A stretch of 64,000 nucleotides of DNA from an uncultured Haloferula sp. (GTDB lineage Bacteria > Verrucomicrobiota > Verrucomicrobiia > Verrucomicrobiales > Akkermansiaceae): contig CBFGTS010000001.1 of assembly GCA_965652295.1 (NCBI GenBank), forward strand, positions 256,001-320,000, read 5' to 3'. Both the position numbers and the translations under genes were made by a program. This document shows, piece after piece, positions 46,620 to 55,436 of this stretch (within the stretch, counting starts at the first letter, position 1; each line of letters opens with the position of its first letter). The notes beneath the pieces were generated by a model. It saw only the letters and a list, made by a program, of their open reading frames with translations, ran no database searches and was not told the origin of the DNA.

Positions 46620-48018
46620 AGACGACGACCCGGCGGTCGAGCTGGCGCAGTCTTTCGGCCGCATTTTCAGGATAGCGGGCTTCGCTTTCACCGAAGCCGA
46701 CAGGGATCAGCCGTTCGGGGTCGACGCCCGAGCGGACGAGCTGGCGGGTGATCGCCTCGGCCCGCCGTTGGGAGAGGGCGAGGTTTTCCTCATAGCTGCC
46801 CTCGGCCGAGGCGTGGCCTTCGATCACAAAGTGTGCATCGGCGAGACCTCCGCCGCTCAGCGCACCCTCCAGCACTTCGAGCATGGCGAACGAATGGTCG
46901 TCGGCGAACTGCGTGGAACCCTGCATGAAGAGGATGTCATTGCTGGTGACCATCGATTCGCGGCTCACCGGATACGAGACCACCCAGGCGTCGTCACCGC
47001 GATAGGCCTCTGGAACCGTATTCTCGGTGAACACCGGAGCGTCCATCTCGCTCGCGGGTTGGACGTTCACCCGGTCGAGCGCTGCGGCGGCGAAGAGAAT
47101 GGCGGGAACCGCCGCGCGGGAGTCGAAGGTGGCGAAGCGCCGGCCCTCGTGGAAATAGCGGAGCTGACCTTCATCGTCGGCGGCACCCGGAAGCGGATCG
47201 CGCTCGGTGGTGCGGAAGAATTCGGGTGCAGCCGTGTCTTCCGGCGCGGATCCCTGGAGGCGGTTGCGAAGGAAATCGACCGCCTCCCGGCGGCGTTGCC
47301 GCTCCGTTTCGCTCACGGGCGCATCCTTCGCGGCACGGAGGGTGCGTTCCTCCCGGGCCATCTCCGCCGCAGAGATGCGGCTCTCCGCTCCCAGAACCTC
47401 TTCGATCACCTCGTGGGCGGCTTTAGGGTCATCAATGGACTGCTTGGTGCGATCGAGACGTTCTTCGATCTCCCGGCTGGCTTCCTGTACCGTGGTTTCG
47501 CTTTCCGGGGCGCCGTCATTTTCCGGCAACGGAGGCTCGGGACGGACGTCCGGCGCGTCTTCCACCGGCTCCGCATCCGACGACGCCATGGGGTCCGAAT
47601 CCTCGGTGGGGCGGGAATCCGGGGCGGCTTCGTCAGGATTGCTGTCGCGGACCCGTCGGGCGTCGCGGCCGGCGGTGCTGTCGCTGTCGCGCTGCCGTCG
47701 CGCGCCGGGGTTGGCTTCGTCCTCGCGATCTTCGACAGGCTGCGAATCGGGCGCGGCTTCATCGCTGCGGTCTTCCACCGGCTCGGAGTCCGGTGCGGCA
47801 TTGGGGTCGGTGTCGCGGACCTCGGTGGTTTCGCGGTTGGCGCGTTCGGTGGTGTCATCCACTTCGCGCGAGTTCCGGTTGGCGACGTCGCGTTGGTCCT
47901 CGACCGGCTGCGACTCGGGGTTGGCCGGATCTTGTGCCTGGATTCCTGTCATCGCGGCCGCGAGGGCCATGGCCGTGACCGCGACCGGCTTGAGTGGGGA
48001 AAGGCGTGGTTTTTTCAT
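46603..48018 (-). CDS. OmpA C-terminal-like (peptidoglycan-binding) domain protein with acidic repeat region
   Basis: Signal peptide; IEGHAS...NLALSQRRA...GFGES...RRVV; PDS(Q/E)PVED repeats. Confidence 0.85.
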   Translation of the reverse strand: MKKPRLSPLKPVAVTAMALAAAMTGIQAQDPANPESQPVEDQRDVANRNSREVDDTTERANRETTEVRDTDPNAAPDSEPVEDRSDEAAPDSQPVEDREDEANPGARRQRDSDSTAGRDARRVRDSNPDEAAPDSRPTEDSDPMASSDAEPVEDAPDVRPEPPLPENDGAPESETTVQEASREIEERLDRTKQSIDDPKAAHEVIEEVLGAESRISAAEMAREERTLRAAKDAPVSETERQRRREAVDFLRNRLQGSAPEDTAAPEFFRTTERDPLPGAADDEGQLRYFHEGRRFATFDSRAAVPAILFAAAALDRVNVQPASEMDAPVFTENTVPEAYRGDDAWVVSYPVSRESMVTSNDILFMQGSTQFADDHSFAMLEVLEGALSGGGLADAHFVIEGHASAEGSYEENLALSQRRAEAITRQLVRSGVDPERLIPVGFGESEARYPENAAERLRQLDRRVVVFRMAE

Positions 48019-48030
48019 GCTCCCGGTTCC

Positions 48031-48045
48031 GCTCGAAGCGTGCCG
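48031..48045 (-). promoter_or_regulatory. Candidate sigma54 promoter of the OmpA-like gene
   Basis: CGGCACGCTTCGAGC (GGCAC, GG-N10-GC), 12 nt before ATG. Confidence 0.35.
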
Positions 48046-48223
48046 GTGACGGAAGCTTCTGGTTATCAGGGAATGGAGCCCGGATCGTCACAGGCAGGCA
48101 TGCGGATTGACGGCCGGCGGATGCGATTTGCATCCGGATTCTCCGGGCCGGATGACGGTTACAGCACCGGTTGACACCGCCGCCCGCCTTGACGCCGAGG
48201 GGTGGGAAAAACAGAGTCGGGCC

Positions 48224-49924
48224 ATGTCCGATCCGCGCCGCCCGTTTTCCTCGCCGATGCTTGATGGCCCCGACCGCGCTCCCTCGCGCGGAATGCTCTA
48301 TGCCGTCGGTTTCGAGAAAGAGGACTTCTCGAAACCCCAGATCGGCATCGCCTCGACGTGGTCGCAGGTGACGCCGTGCAACATCCACATCGACCGCCTC
48401 GCCCGCGAGTCGGCGAAGGGTGCCGACGCCGCTGGAGGAAAATCGGTGATCTTCAACACGATCACCATTTCCGACGGCATCTCGATGGGCACCGAGGGGA
48501 TGAAATACTCGCTCGTCTCCCGCGAGGTGATCGCCGATTCGATCGAAACGGTGGTGGGCTGCGAGGGCATGGATGGCTTCGTGGCGATCGGCGGCTGCGA
48601 CAAGAACATGCCCGCCTGCCTGATCGCCATGGCACGCATGAACCGCCCGGCGGTGTTCGTGTACGGCGGCACGATCCTGCCCGGCTGCGCGACGATCAAG
48701 GGGGAGAAGAAAGACCTCGATATCGTGTCGATTTTCGAAGCCGTGGGCAAACACGCCGCGGGCGAGTATTCCGACGAAGAGCTGGAAACCGTCGAGTCCT
48801 GCGCGATCCCCGGCGAGGGTTCGTGCGGTGGGATGTACACGGCGAACACGATGGCTTCGGCGATTGAGGCGCTTGGCATGTCCCTTCCGAACAGCTCGGC
48901 GCAGGCGGCGATCTCCGAGGACAAGATGCGCGATTGCTTTGACGCGGGTGCGGCGGTGCTGCACCTCATGGACCGGGACATCAAGCCGCGCGACATCATG
49001 ACCCGCAAGGCGTTCGAGAACGCCATCACGGTGGTCATCGCGCTCGGTGGCTCGACCAATGCGGTCCTCCACCTGCTCGCCATGGCTCATGCGGCGGAAG
49101 TCGAACTGAGCATCGATGATTTCACCGAGATCGGAAAACGCGTGCCGGTGTTGGCGGACCTGAAGCCTTCCGGGAAATACTCCGTGGCGGACCTCGTGAA
49201 GATCGGCGGCACGGTGCCGCTCCTGCGAATCCTGCTGGAGGCCGGCCTGCTGCACGGCGACTGCCTCACCGTCACCGGCAAGACCCTGGCCGAGAACCTC
49301 GCGAATTCGCCGCTGCGTTATCCGGAGGGTCAGAGCATCATCCGGCCGCTCGACAATCCGATCAAAAAGGACAGCCACCTGCGTATTCTCTACGGCAACC
49401 TGGCCCCCGGCGGCGCGGTGGCGAAGATCACCGGCAAGGAGGGTGAATCCTTCACCGGCTCGGCCCGCGTGTTCGACTCCGAGGACGAAGGCATGAAGGC
49501 GATCCTGGCCGGTACGATCAAGGACGGCGACGTGATCGTCATCCGCCGGGAAGGTCCGAAGGGCGGCCCCGGCATGCGCGAGATGCTCGGGCCCACCAGT
49601 GCGATCATGGGTCGCGGCCTCGGGAAAACGGTGGCTCTCATCACCGACGGACGCTTCTCCGGTGGCAGCCACGGTTTCGTGGTCGGCCACATTACTCCGG
49701 AAGCCCACGATGGCGGCCCGATCGGGCTGCTGGTCGATGGAGATGTGATCACGATCGATGCCGTGAACAACTCGATCTCGGTCGATCTCGACGACGATGC
49801 CCTGCAAGCGCGCCGCGACAACTGGCAGCAGCCCGCGCCCCGCTACACGCGCGGCGTGCTGGCGAAGTTCGCCAAGCTGACCACCAGCGCCAGTGAAGGG
49901 GCGGTGACCGACAAGAACCTGTGA
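48224..49924 (+). CDS. ilvD: Dihydroxy-acid dehydratase
   Basis: [50 protein letters not shown]. Confidence 0.97.
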   Translation: MSDPRRPFSSPMLDGPDRAPSRGMLYAVGFEKEDFSKPQIGIASTWSQVTPCNIHIDRLARESAKGADAAGGKSVIFNTITISDGISMGTEGMKYSLVSREVIADSIETVVGCEGMDGFVAIGGCDKNMPACLIAMARMNRPAVFVYGGTILPGCATIKGEKKDLDIVSIFEAVGKHAAGEYSDEELETVESCAIPGEGSCGGMYTANTMASAIEALGMSLPNSSAQAAISEDKMRDCFDAGAAVLHLMDRDIKPRDIMTRKAFENAITVVIALGGSTNAVLHLLAMAHAAEVELSIDDFTEIGKRVPVLADLKPSGKYSVADLVKIGGTVPLLRILLEAGLLHGDCLTVTGKTLAENLANSPLRYPEGQSIIRPLDNPIKKDSHLRILYGNLAPGGAVAKITGKEGESFTGSARVFDSEDEGMKAILAGTIKDGDVIVIRREGPKGGPGMREMLGPTSAIMGRGLGKTVALITDGRFSGGSHGFVVGHITPEAHDGGPIGLLVDGDVITIDAVNNSISVDLDDDALQARRDNWQQPAPRYTRGVLAKFAKLTTSASEGAVTDKNL

Positions 49925-50883
49925 GCCAGGAGATCGAAATCCGGCTGGAGTACGAAACCGCTCCGTTCCTTCAATCGCTGTTCGGCAACGAGGCGGGAAA
50001 CCTGCGTTACCTCGAAGAGAAAGTCGGCGTCCGCACGGTGACCCGCGATGGGTGGATCCTCATCGTGGGGCCGAAGGACGGAGTCGAGGCAGCCCAACGA
50101 GCTTTTGCCGACCTTGAGGAAGCGAAGCGCGGCGGGGCGGAGATTCACACGCGGGATTTCCAGCTCGCCGTGGACATCGCGGCCCGCGGTGAGGAAAACG
50201 GCGTGAGCGAGCTTTCCGGTGTGCGGCTGCTGGGTTTCCGCGGCCGCCGCCCGGTGGTGCCGAAGACACCGACGCAACTCGAATACCTCAAGACGATCGA
50301 GTCGTCCGATGTCTGTTTCGGCCTCGGTCCGGCGGGCACGGGAAAGACCTACCTCGCGATGGCCATGGCGCTGGCGATGCTCAAGCAGAAGCAGGTCCAG
50401 CGGATCGTTCTTACGAGACCTGCCGTAGAAGCCGGTGAGGCACTGGGTTTCCTGCCCGGGGACATGCGGGAAAAGGTCGCGCCCTACCTGCGGCCACTCT
50501 ACGACGCCATCCACGACATGATCGGTTTCGAGCAGGGTGAGCGCTATTTCGAGGACGGTACCATCGAGATCGCACCGTTGGCGTTCATGCGTGGACGAAC
50601 CTTGGCGAAGTCGTTCGTGATTCTCGACGAGGCGCAGAACACGACGCGCGAACAGATGTTCATGGCGCTGACACGGATCGGTGAGGATTCGCGGATGGTG
50701 GTCACGGGTGATGCTTCGCAAGTGGACTTGAAGCCCAACGTCGCTTCCGGCCTTGCCGAGGCGGAGCGGGCGCTGGAAGGGGTCGATGGCATCGGCTTCG
50801 TGCGTTTCACAGGCGAGGATGTGGTCCGCCACCCGGTGGTGGGGCGCATTATCGCCGCCTATCGCAAGGCGCGCGGCAGCTGA
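49921..50883 (+). CDS. phoH: PhoH-family ATPase (YbeZ-like)
   Basis: [39 protein letters not shown] overlap with ilvD stop. Confidence 0.92.
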   Translation: MSQEIEIRLEYETAPFLQSLFGNEAGNLRYLEEKVGVRTVTRDGWILIVGPKDGVEAAQRAFADLEEAKRGGAEIHTRDFQLAVDIAARGEENGVSELSGVRLLGFRGRRPVVPKTPTQLEYLKTIESSDVCFGLGPAGTGKTYLAMAMALAMLKQKQVQRIVLTRPAVEAGEALGFLPGDMREKVAPYLRPLYDAIHDMIGFEQGERYFEDGTIEIAPLAFMRGRTLAKSFVILDEAQNTTREQMFMALTRIGEDSRMVVTGDASQVDLKPNVASGLAEAERALEGVDGIGFVRFTGEDVVRHPVVGRIIAAYRKARGS

Positions 50884-50889
50884 GCACGC

Positions 50890-51897
50890 TCAGTTCACGC
50901 TGAGGCTCGGCCCGTCCGCGGCCACCCGGATGCGGGCATCGATGCCGCTCACTCCCGGCAGCGCGCGGGCGTTGGCGAGACAGGCTTCCCGCGCGGCCCG
51001 GGTGGGCACATGGCCGTCGATCGTGAGGCGGCTGCCCACGAATCCAGCGACCAGATGGCTGCCGTGCAGTCGCGGATCGGCCTCCGTGACGAGATCGAAT
51101 ACCTTGAGAATGTCGGAGGTCTGATACTCCTTCGCACCGATGCCAGCGAGGGCGAGGCCGGCATCGATGGCGATTCCACGGGTGTTGCACTCCATCACGC
51201 CGGAGACCAGCGAGTGAAGGAGCAGGCGGTCTTTCTCCTCCGGTGAGGCCACCGATCCATCGATAGTCAGCACGCCATTGGAAAAACGGGGAACCAGCCC
51301 GTAGCGGGCGAAGATGGGATCATCCGCGTAGTTCATCAGAAGTTGGGCTTCGATCGCCCCGGCGGGACGCAGGCGGAAAGGATCGTGAAGGACCCGCACC
51401 TCGATTTCACGGATGCCAGCGACCCGTGAAACGAGCTCGCGAGCAATCTCCCCCTCGTCGAAGCAGCCGACCTTCCCGGCGATGACCGCCGAGCCGTCGG
51501 GGGAAACCCGGACATCCAGCGAGGTATTGGCGAGCGCGGGGGAACGCGCCATCATTTCGCGCGCGGTGGGCTCGGCCTTGCCGACCGGGCCCCGCACATG
51601 AAGGCCCTGCACCACGCCGAAGACCTCGTCCATGCGCATGGTGGCGGCGGCGATGTATTCGGCTTGGTCGAGCGTTCGAGTGGTGCCGCGGAGGTGCGCG
51701 ATGTGGTCGTTGATCTCGACTTTGAAGTCCGCGCCCTCAAGCCGTCCACTCGTTTCCACGAAAGAGAGGAGGCGTTCGGCCGGGCCGTCGGTGGTCGGGG
51801 GAAGTTCGGTTCCAGAGGACGTCGTGAGGTCGATGGCCACGCAAACGGCGGCAATCACGATCGGACGGAGGAAGGAGGTCCGCGTCGGGGTTTTCAT
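50890..51897 (-). CDS. Multi-BON-domain secreted protein
   Basis: Repeated (L/V)x(L/I)xG units followed by helices ending V.G(V/I); signal-like N-terminus. Confidence 0.7.
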   Translation of the reverse strand: MKTPTRTSFLRPIVIAAVCVAIDLTTSSGTELPPTTDGPAERLLSFVETSGRLEGADFKVEINDHIAHLRGTTRTLDQAEYIAAATMRMDEVFGVVQGLHVRGPVGKAEPTAREMMARSPALANTSLDVRVSPDGSAVIAGKVGCFDEGEIARELVSRVAGIREIEVRVLHDPFRLRPAGAIEAQLLMNYADDPIFARYGLVPRFSNGVLTIDGSVASPEEKDRLLLHSLVSGVMECNTRGIAIDAGLALAGIGAKEYQTSDILKVFDLVTEADPRLHGSHLVAGFVGSRLTIDGHVPTRAAREACLANARALPGVSGIDARIRVAADGPSLSVN

Positions 51898-51909
51898 GCA
51901 ACCTCATCC

Positions 51910-51924
51910 GCAAGCCCTGTGCCG
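51910..51924 (-). promoter_or_regulatory. Sigma54 -24/-12 promoter of the BON gene
   Basis: CGGCACAGGGCTTGC, near-consensus GGCAC-N5-TTGC, 12 nt before ATG. Confidence 0.55.
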
Positions 51925-52055
51925 TGCCGGGGGCGAACTCATAACAGGCTAGATCTCAGTGTCTCGCGAAAGAGCATTTCTTTTGGGGGGCGAGGAGCCG
52001 GATCGGGGCGGGGGATCCTGCATCGCTCCGGCGTGCGAAACGCAGGCCGCGCTGC

Positions 52056-52085
52056 AAAAAAGCGCGGCCTCAAAAGAGGCCGCGC
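52056..52085 (-). terminator. Intrinsic terminator after the fasciclin gene
   Basis: Minus strand GCGCGGCCTC-TTTT-GAGGCCGCGC followed by TTTTTT. Confidence 0.85.
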
Positions 52086-52119
52086 CTGATGATAAGTTTG
52101 GATGAATTGCGAAGGCGGC

Positions 52120-52683
52120 TCAGTCCGCTTCGAGTTCGGCGATGCCGTCGAGCGCTTCAGGCACCACGACTTTGTCGATCACGTGGATCACGCCGTTACC
52201 GGCTTCGATGTCGGCATTCACGACTTTGGCCTCTTCGATTTCCACCTGCTTGCCTTCAACATCGATTTCCATCATGTCGCCGCTCATGGCCTTGAGTTCC
52301 TGATCCTTGATGGACGCGGACATCATTTTGCCCGGGAACACGTGGCTGAGGAGGAGCTGGCGGAGCTTCAACTTGTTCTCCGGTGCGAGAAGGGCGGTCA
52401 GGGCACCTTCCGGCAGGGCGCGGAAGGCGTCATCGGTGGGCGCGAAGACGGTGACGGACCCCGCATTGCTCAGGTCTTCTTGCAAGCCGGCGGCCTCGAT
52501 CGCGCTCTCAAGAAGCTGGAAGGTGGCACCGTCCTGAATCGCTTTGAAAACGTTCTCCGACATCTGGGGATCGACCATGATCGAGGAGGTGTCGGTGGTG
52601 GATTCGTCGTTGGTGTCCTGAGCCAGGGCGGCGGGTCCGGCGACGGGAATGGCAAGCATGAGGGCGAGTTCGGTAAGTTTCAT
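52120..52683 (-). CDS. Fasciclin (FAS1) domain protein
   Basis: TVFAPTDDAF and NGVIHVIDKV motifs; signal peptide. Confidence 0.92.
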   Translation of the reverse strand: MKLTELALMLAIPVAGPAALAQDTNDESTTDTSSIMVDPQMSENVFKAIQDGATFQLLESAIEAAGLQEDLSNAGSVTVFAPTDDAFRALPEGALTALLAPENKLKLRQLLLSHVFPGKMMSASIKDQELKAMSGDMMEIDVEGKQVEIEEAKVVNADIEAGNGVIHVIDKVVVPEALDGIAELEAD

Positions 52684-52747
52684 TGTGATAATTCGGTTTG
52701 GGATGGGGGCGGACTCCATGGCCCGCGATCCGTTGCCGTTCTGTTTT

Positions 52748-52762
52748 GCAGGCGACGATCCA
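52748..52762 (-). promoter_or_regulatory. Candidate sigma54 promoter of the fasciclin gene
   Basis: TGGATCGTCGCCTGC(A), GG-N10-GC. Confidence 0.3.
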
Positions 52763-52940
52763 AGTAGATGGAGTTTGCGTAAGATGCTGATTAATAGGGG
52801 GTAATAAAAGGTGTGGTGGCGGTGGCCGTTCGCCTCTCAAGGGCACATCGCGCCGCGTAAAATGCAGGCTGCAATGGTCGTTGCACGTCGCCGTCCGGGC
52901 GGGTTGACACCTCGGCCGAGGAGACTATTTTTCGCGCCCG

Positions 52941-54785
52941 ATGAGCACGACGACTTCCGAAAAGCATGGGTTCCAGGCCGAGATCCAGCAGCTCCTCGAC
53001 TTGGTCGTTCACTCCCTCTACACCGACCGTGAGATCTTTCTCCGCGAGCTGGTGTCGAACGCGTCCGACGCGATGGAAAAGCTGCGGCATATTGAGGCGA
53101 CGGAGAAAGACATCCATGACTCCGGCCTGCCGCTGGAGGTGACGATCACCGCGGACAAGGAGGCGGGAACGCTGACGATCGAGGATCGCGGCATCGGCAT
53201 GACGCGTGAGGAGCTGGTGGAGAATCTGGGCACGATCGCCCATTCGGGCACCAAGGCGTTTCTCCAGTCGATGAAGGAAAGCGGCAGCACGCCGGCGGGG
53301 ATGATCGGGCAGTTCGGCGTCGGGTTCTATTCAGCCTTCATGGTGGCGGATGAGGTCAAGGTCTTCACCCGCAGCTGGCGCAAGGAGGGCGAGGGCCTGG
53401 TCTGGACCAGCGATGGCAAGACCGGCTACGAAATTGAAGCGGCCGAGGGCGTGGCGCGCGGCACGAAGATCGTGCTGAAGCTGAAGGAGGATCAGAAGGA
53501 ATACGCCGAGGACTACCGCGTGAAGCACCTCGTCGAGACTTACAGCAATTTCGTCGGCTTCCCCGTGATGGTCGATGGCAAGCGCGTCAATGAGATCGAG
53601 GCGCTGTGGCTGAAGAACAAGAGCGAGATCAGCGACGAAGAATACAAGGCGTTCTACCAGTTCCAGGCGAAGGCCTTCGACGAGCCGCAATACCGCCTGC
53701 ACTTCGCGGCGGATGCGCCGATCGCGATCAACGCGCTGCTTTTCGTGCCGTCGGAAAACCCGGAGCGGATGGGCTTCGGCAAGGTGGATGCCGGCGTGGC
53801 GCTCTACTGCAAGAAGGTGATGATCGATCCCGAGCCGAAGGGCCTGCTGCCCGAGTGGCTGCGTTTCATGAAGGGGGTCATCGATAGCGCCGACCTGCCG
53901 CTGAACATTTCCCGCGAGTCGATGCAGGACAGCGCGTTGGTGCGGAAAATCGGCACGGTGATCGTCAAGCGCGTGCTGAAGATGTTCGAGAAGGAGGCCG
54001 AGGGCGATCCGGAGAAATGGCAGGCGTTCTACAAGAAGTTCGAGCGTTTCTTCAAGGAAGGCATCGCCACCGATTTCGCCCACAAGGAGGCGTTGGCGAA
54101 GCTGCTACGCTTCGAAAGCTCGATGACCGAAGCTGGCAAGCTGACCGGCCTCGCCGACTACCTGACCCGCGCCAAGGACGGGCAGGACAAGATCTACTAC
54201 ATCGTCGGCAGCAACCGCGATCAGATCGAGGCCAGCCCCTACCTCGAAGGCTTCCGCAAGCGCGGGCTGGAGGTGGTGTATTTCACCGATGCGGTGGACG
54301 AGTATGTGGTCGATTCGCTCGGTGAGTTCGACGGCAAGAAGCTGGTTTCCGTTTCGAAAGCGGGCGTGGAACTGGAGGATGCCGAGCTGGAGGGCGAGTC
54401 GCTTTCCGAGGAGGAAACGAAGGCCCTGTGCGAGTTCCTCCAGTCCGAGTTCGGTGACCGTGTGACCAAGGTCGAAGCCGGCAAGCGTCTGGTCGATAGC
54501 CCGGTCGTCGCCCTGACCCCCGAGGATGCCATGACGCCGCAGATGCGGGCCATGATGAAGGCGATGGACGAGAACTTCAGTGACGAGGTGAAAGTCGAGC
54601 TGGAGATCAATCCGCGCCACGAGATCATCCGCAAGCTCGCTGCGGCGAAGGATGCCTCTCCGGAGACCGCGAAGTTGGTCGCCGGTCAGCTTCTCGACAA
54701 CGCCCTGATGGCCGCCGGTCTGCTCGAAGATGCCCGTGAAACCGTCAAGCGTATGAACGCGCTGATGGCGAAGGCGCTGGGGTGA
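52941..54785 (+). CDS. htpG: Molecular chaperone HtpG (Hsp90)
   Basis: FLRELVSNASDA, NLGTIAHSGT, IGQFGVGFYS, LPLNISRE. Confidence 0.97.
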   Translation: MSTTTSEKHGFQAEIQQLLDLVVHSLYTDREIFLRELVSNASDAMEKLRHIEATEKDIHDSGLPLEVTITADKEAGTLTIEDRGIGMTREELVENLGTIAHSGTKAFLQSMKESGSTPAGMIGQFGVGFYSAFMVADEVKVFTRSWRKEGEGLVWTSDGKTGYEIEAAEGVARGTKIVLKLKEDQKEYAEDYRVKHLVETYSNFVGFPVMVDGKRVNEIEALWLKNKSEISDEEYKAFYQFQAKAFDEPQYRLHFAADAPIAINALLFVPSENPERMGFGKVDAGVALYCKKVMIDPEPKGLLPEWLRFMKGVIDSADLPLNISRESMQDSALVRKIGTVIVKRVLKMFEKEAEGDPEKWQAFYKKFERFFKEGIATDFAHKEALAKLLRFESSMTEAGKLTGLADYLTRAKDGQDKIYYIVGSNRDQIEASPYLEGFRKRGLEVVYFTDAVDEYVVDSLGEFDGKKLVSVSKAGVELEDAELEGESLSEEETKALCEFLQSEFGDRVTKVEAGKRLVDSPVVALTPEDAMTPQMRAMMKAMDENFSDEVKVELEINPRHEIIRKLAAAKDASPETAKLVAGQLLDNALMAAGLLEDARETVKRMNALMAKALG

Positions 54786-54788
54786 GGT

Positions 54789-54860
54789 GTGGCGGCGGAT
54801 TGCATCCGCCATGCTCAGTCATGGGCCCGGTGCGGCGTGGCGGATGCAATCCGCCGCCAC
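54789..54860. repeat. Inverted REP doublet (REPIN-like)
   Basis: GTGGCGGCGGATTGCATCCGCCATGC (54789-54814) and inverted copy (54835-54860) with one mismatch and a 20-nt spacer. Confidence 0.8.
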
Positions 54861-54926
54861 GGGGAGGCTGACCGCCGGCATGGAAAAGCGCTGGAAGCCG
54901 GGAAGGGTGACAGCTATGTTTCGACC

Positions 54927-55145
54927 ATGGCAGCGTCCGAGAAAGTCCGCGAACTCGCTGAGAGCTACACCGAACTGAGCCCTGAGGAGAGAAGCGAGTT
55001 CCTCTCCCTCGTGGCCCCGGACGATGGCGCGGAGCTGAGCGGCGAATGGCTCACCGAGCTTCGCAGCCGTGCGGACGACATCGATTCCGGGCGGGTGCAG
55101 CTCATGGATGGTGAGGATTTCTTGCGACGCTTGAACGCCATTTGA
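54927..55145 (+). CDS. Putative addiction-module antitoxin (TIGR02574-like)
   Basis: 72 aa; LSPEER, W..EL.SR...IDSGRV pattern; followed by a ParE-like remnant. Confidence 0.75.
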   Translation: MAASEKVRELAESYTELSPEERSEFLSLVAPDDGAELSGEWLTELRSRADDIDSGRVQLMDGEDFLRRLNAI

Positions 55146-55146
55146 G

Positions 55147-55378
55147 ATACTTCTGCCATTCCGCCTGCACCCCGAGGCCGATGCGGAGGGTATCGGCGTA
55201 GCTCGGCACATCGACTTCGAGGATCCTCGGCAGGGACTTCTTTTCCGGCGGGCCCTTTCCGAAGCTCTGGAGTGGGCACGCCGCGGCCCCCTGATTTTCC
55301 GCTGTTTCGATTCTCGCCGTGGCTCAGATGAGCCGGCGGCCCGGCTACTGGAAGGACCGCTCGCGAGGCTGGCCTTGA
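55147..55378 (+). pseudogene. RelE/ParE-family toxin pseudogene (internal deletion and frameshift)
   Basis: Frame 1 LPFRLHPEADAE...FRRALSEALEW...P.IFRCFD; frame shift at about 55310 to ILAVAQMSRRPGYWKDR; middle missing and no in-frame ATG. Confidence 0.7.
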
Positions 55379-55393
55379 GCTGATTTTCGCTTG

Positions 55394-55419
55394 GCATGGC
55401 GGATGCAATCCGCTGCCAC
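55394..55419. repeat. Third REP copy
   Basis: GCATGGCGGATGCAATCCGCTGCCAC, one mismatch to the reverse complement of the first REP. Confidence 0.8.
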
Positions 55420-55436
55420 TGTGGTAGACCTCCGCG

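Noticed and set aside
52044..52070. Antiterminator formed by a third copy of the terminator arm
   Set aside because: On the fasciclin transcript the extra arm lies downstream of the U-tract, so it cannot pre-empt termination.
54789..55419. CRISPR array from the three 26-nt repeats
   Set aside because: Mixed orientation, irregular spacing and no cas genes; fits REP elements.
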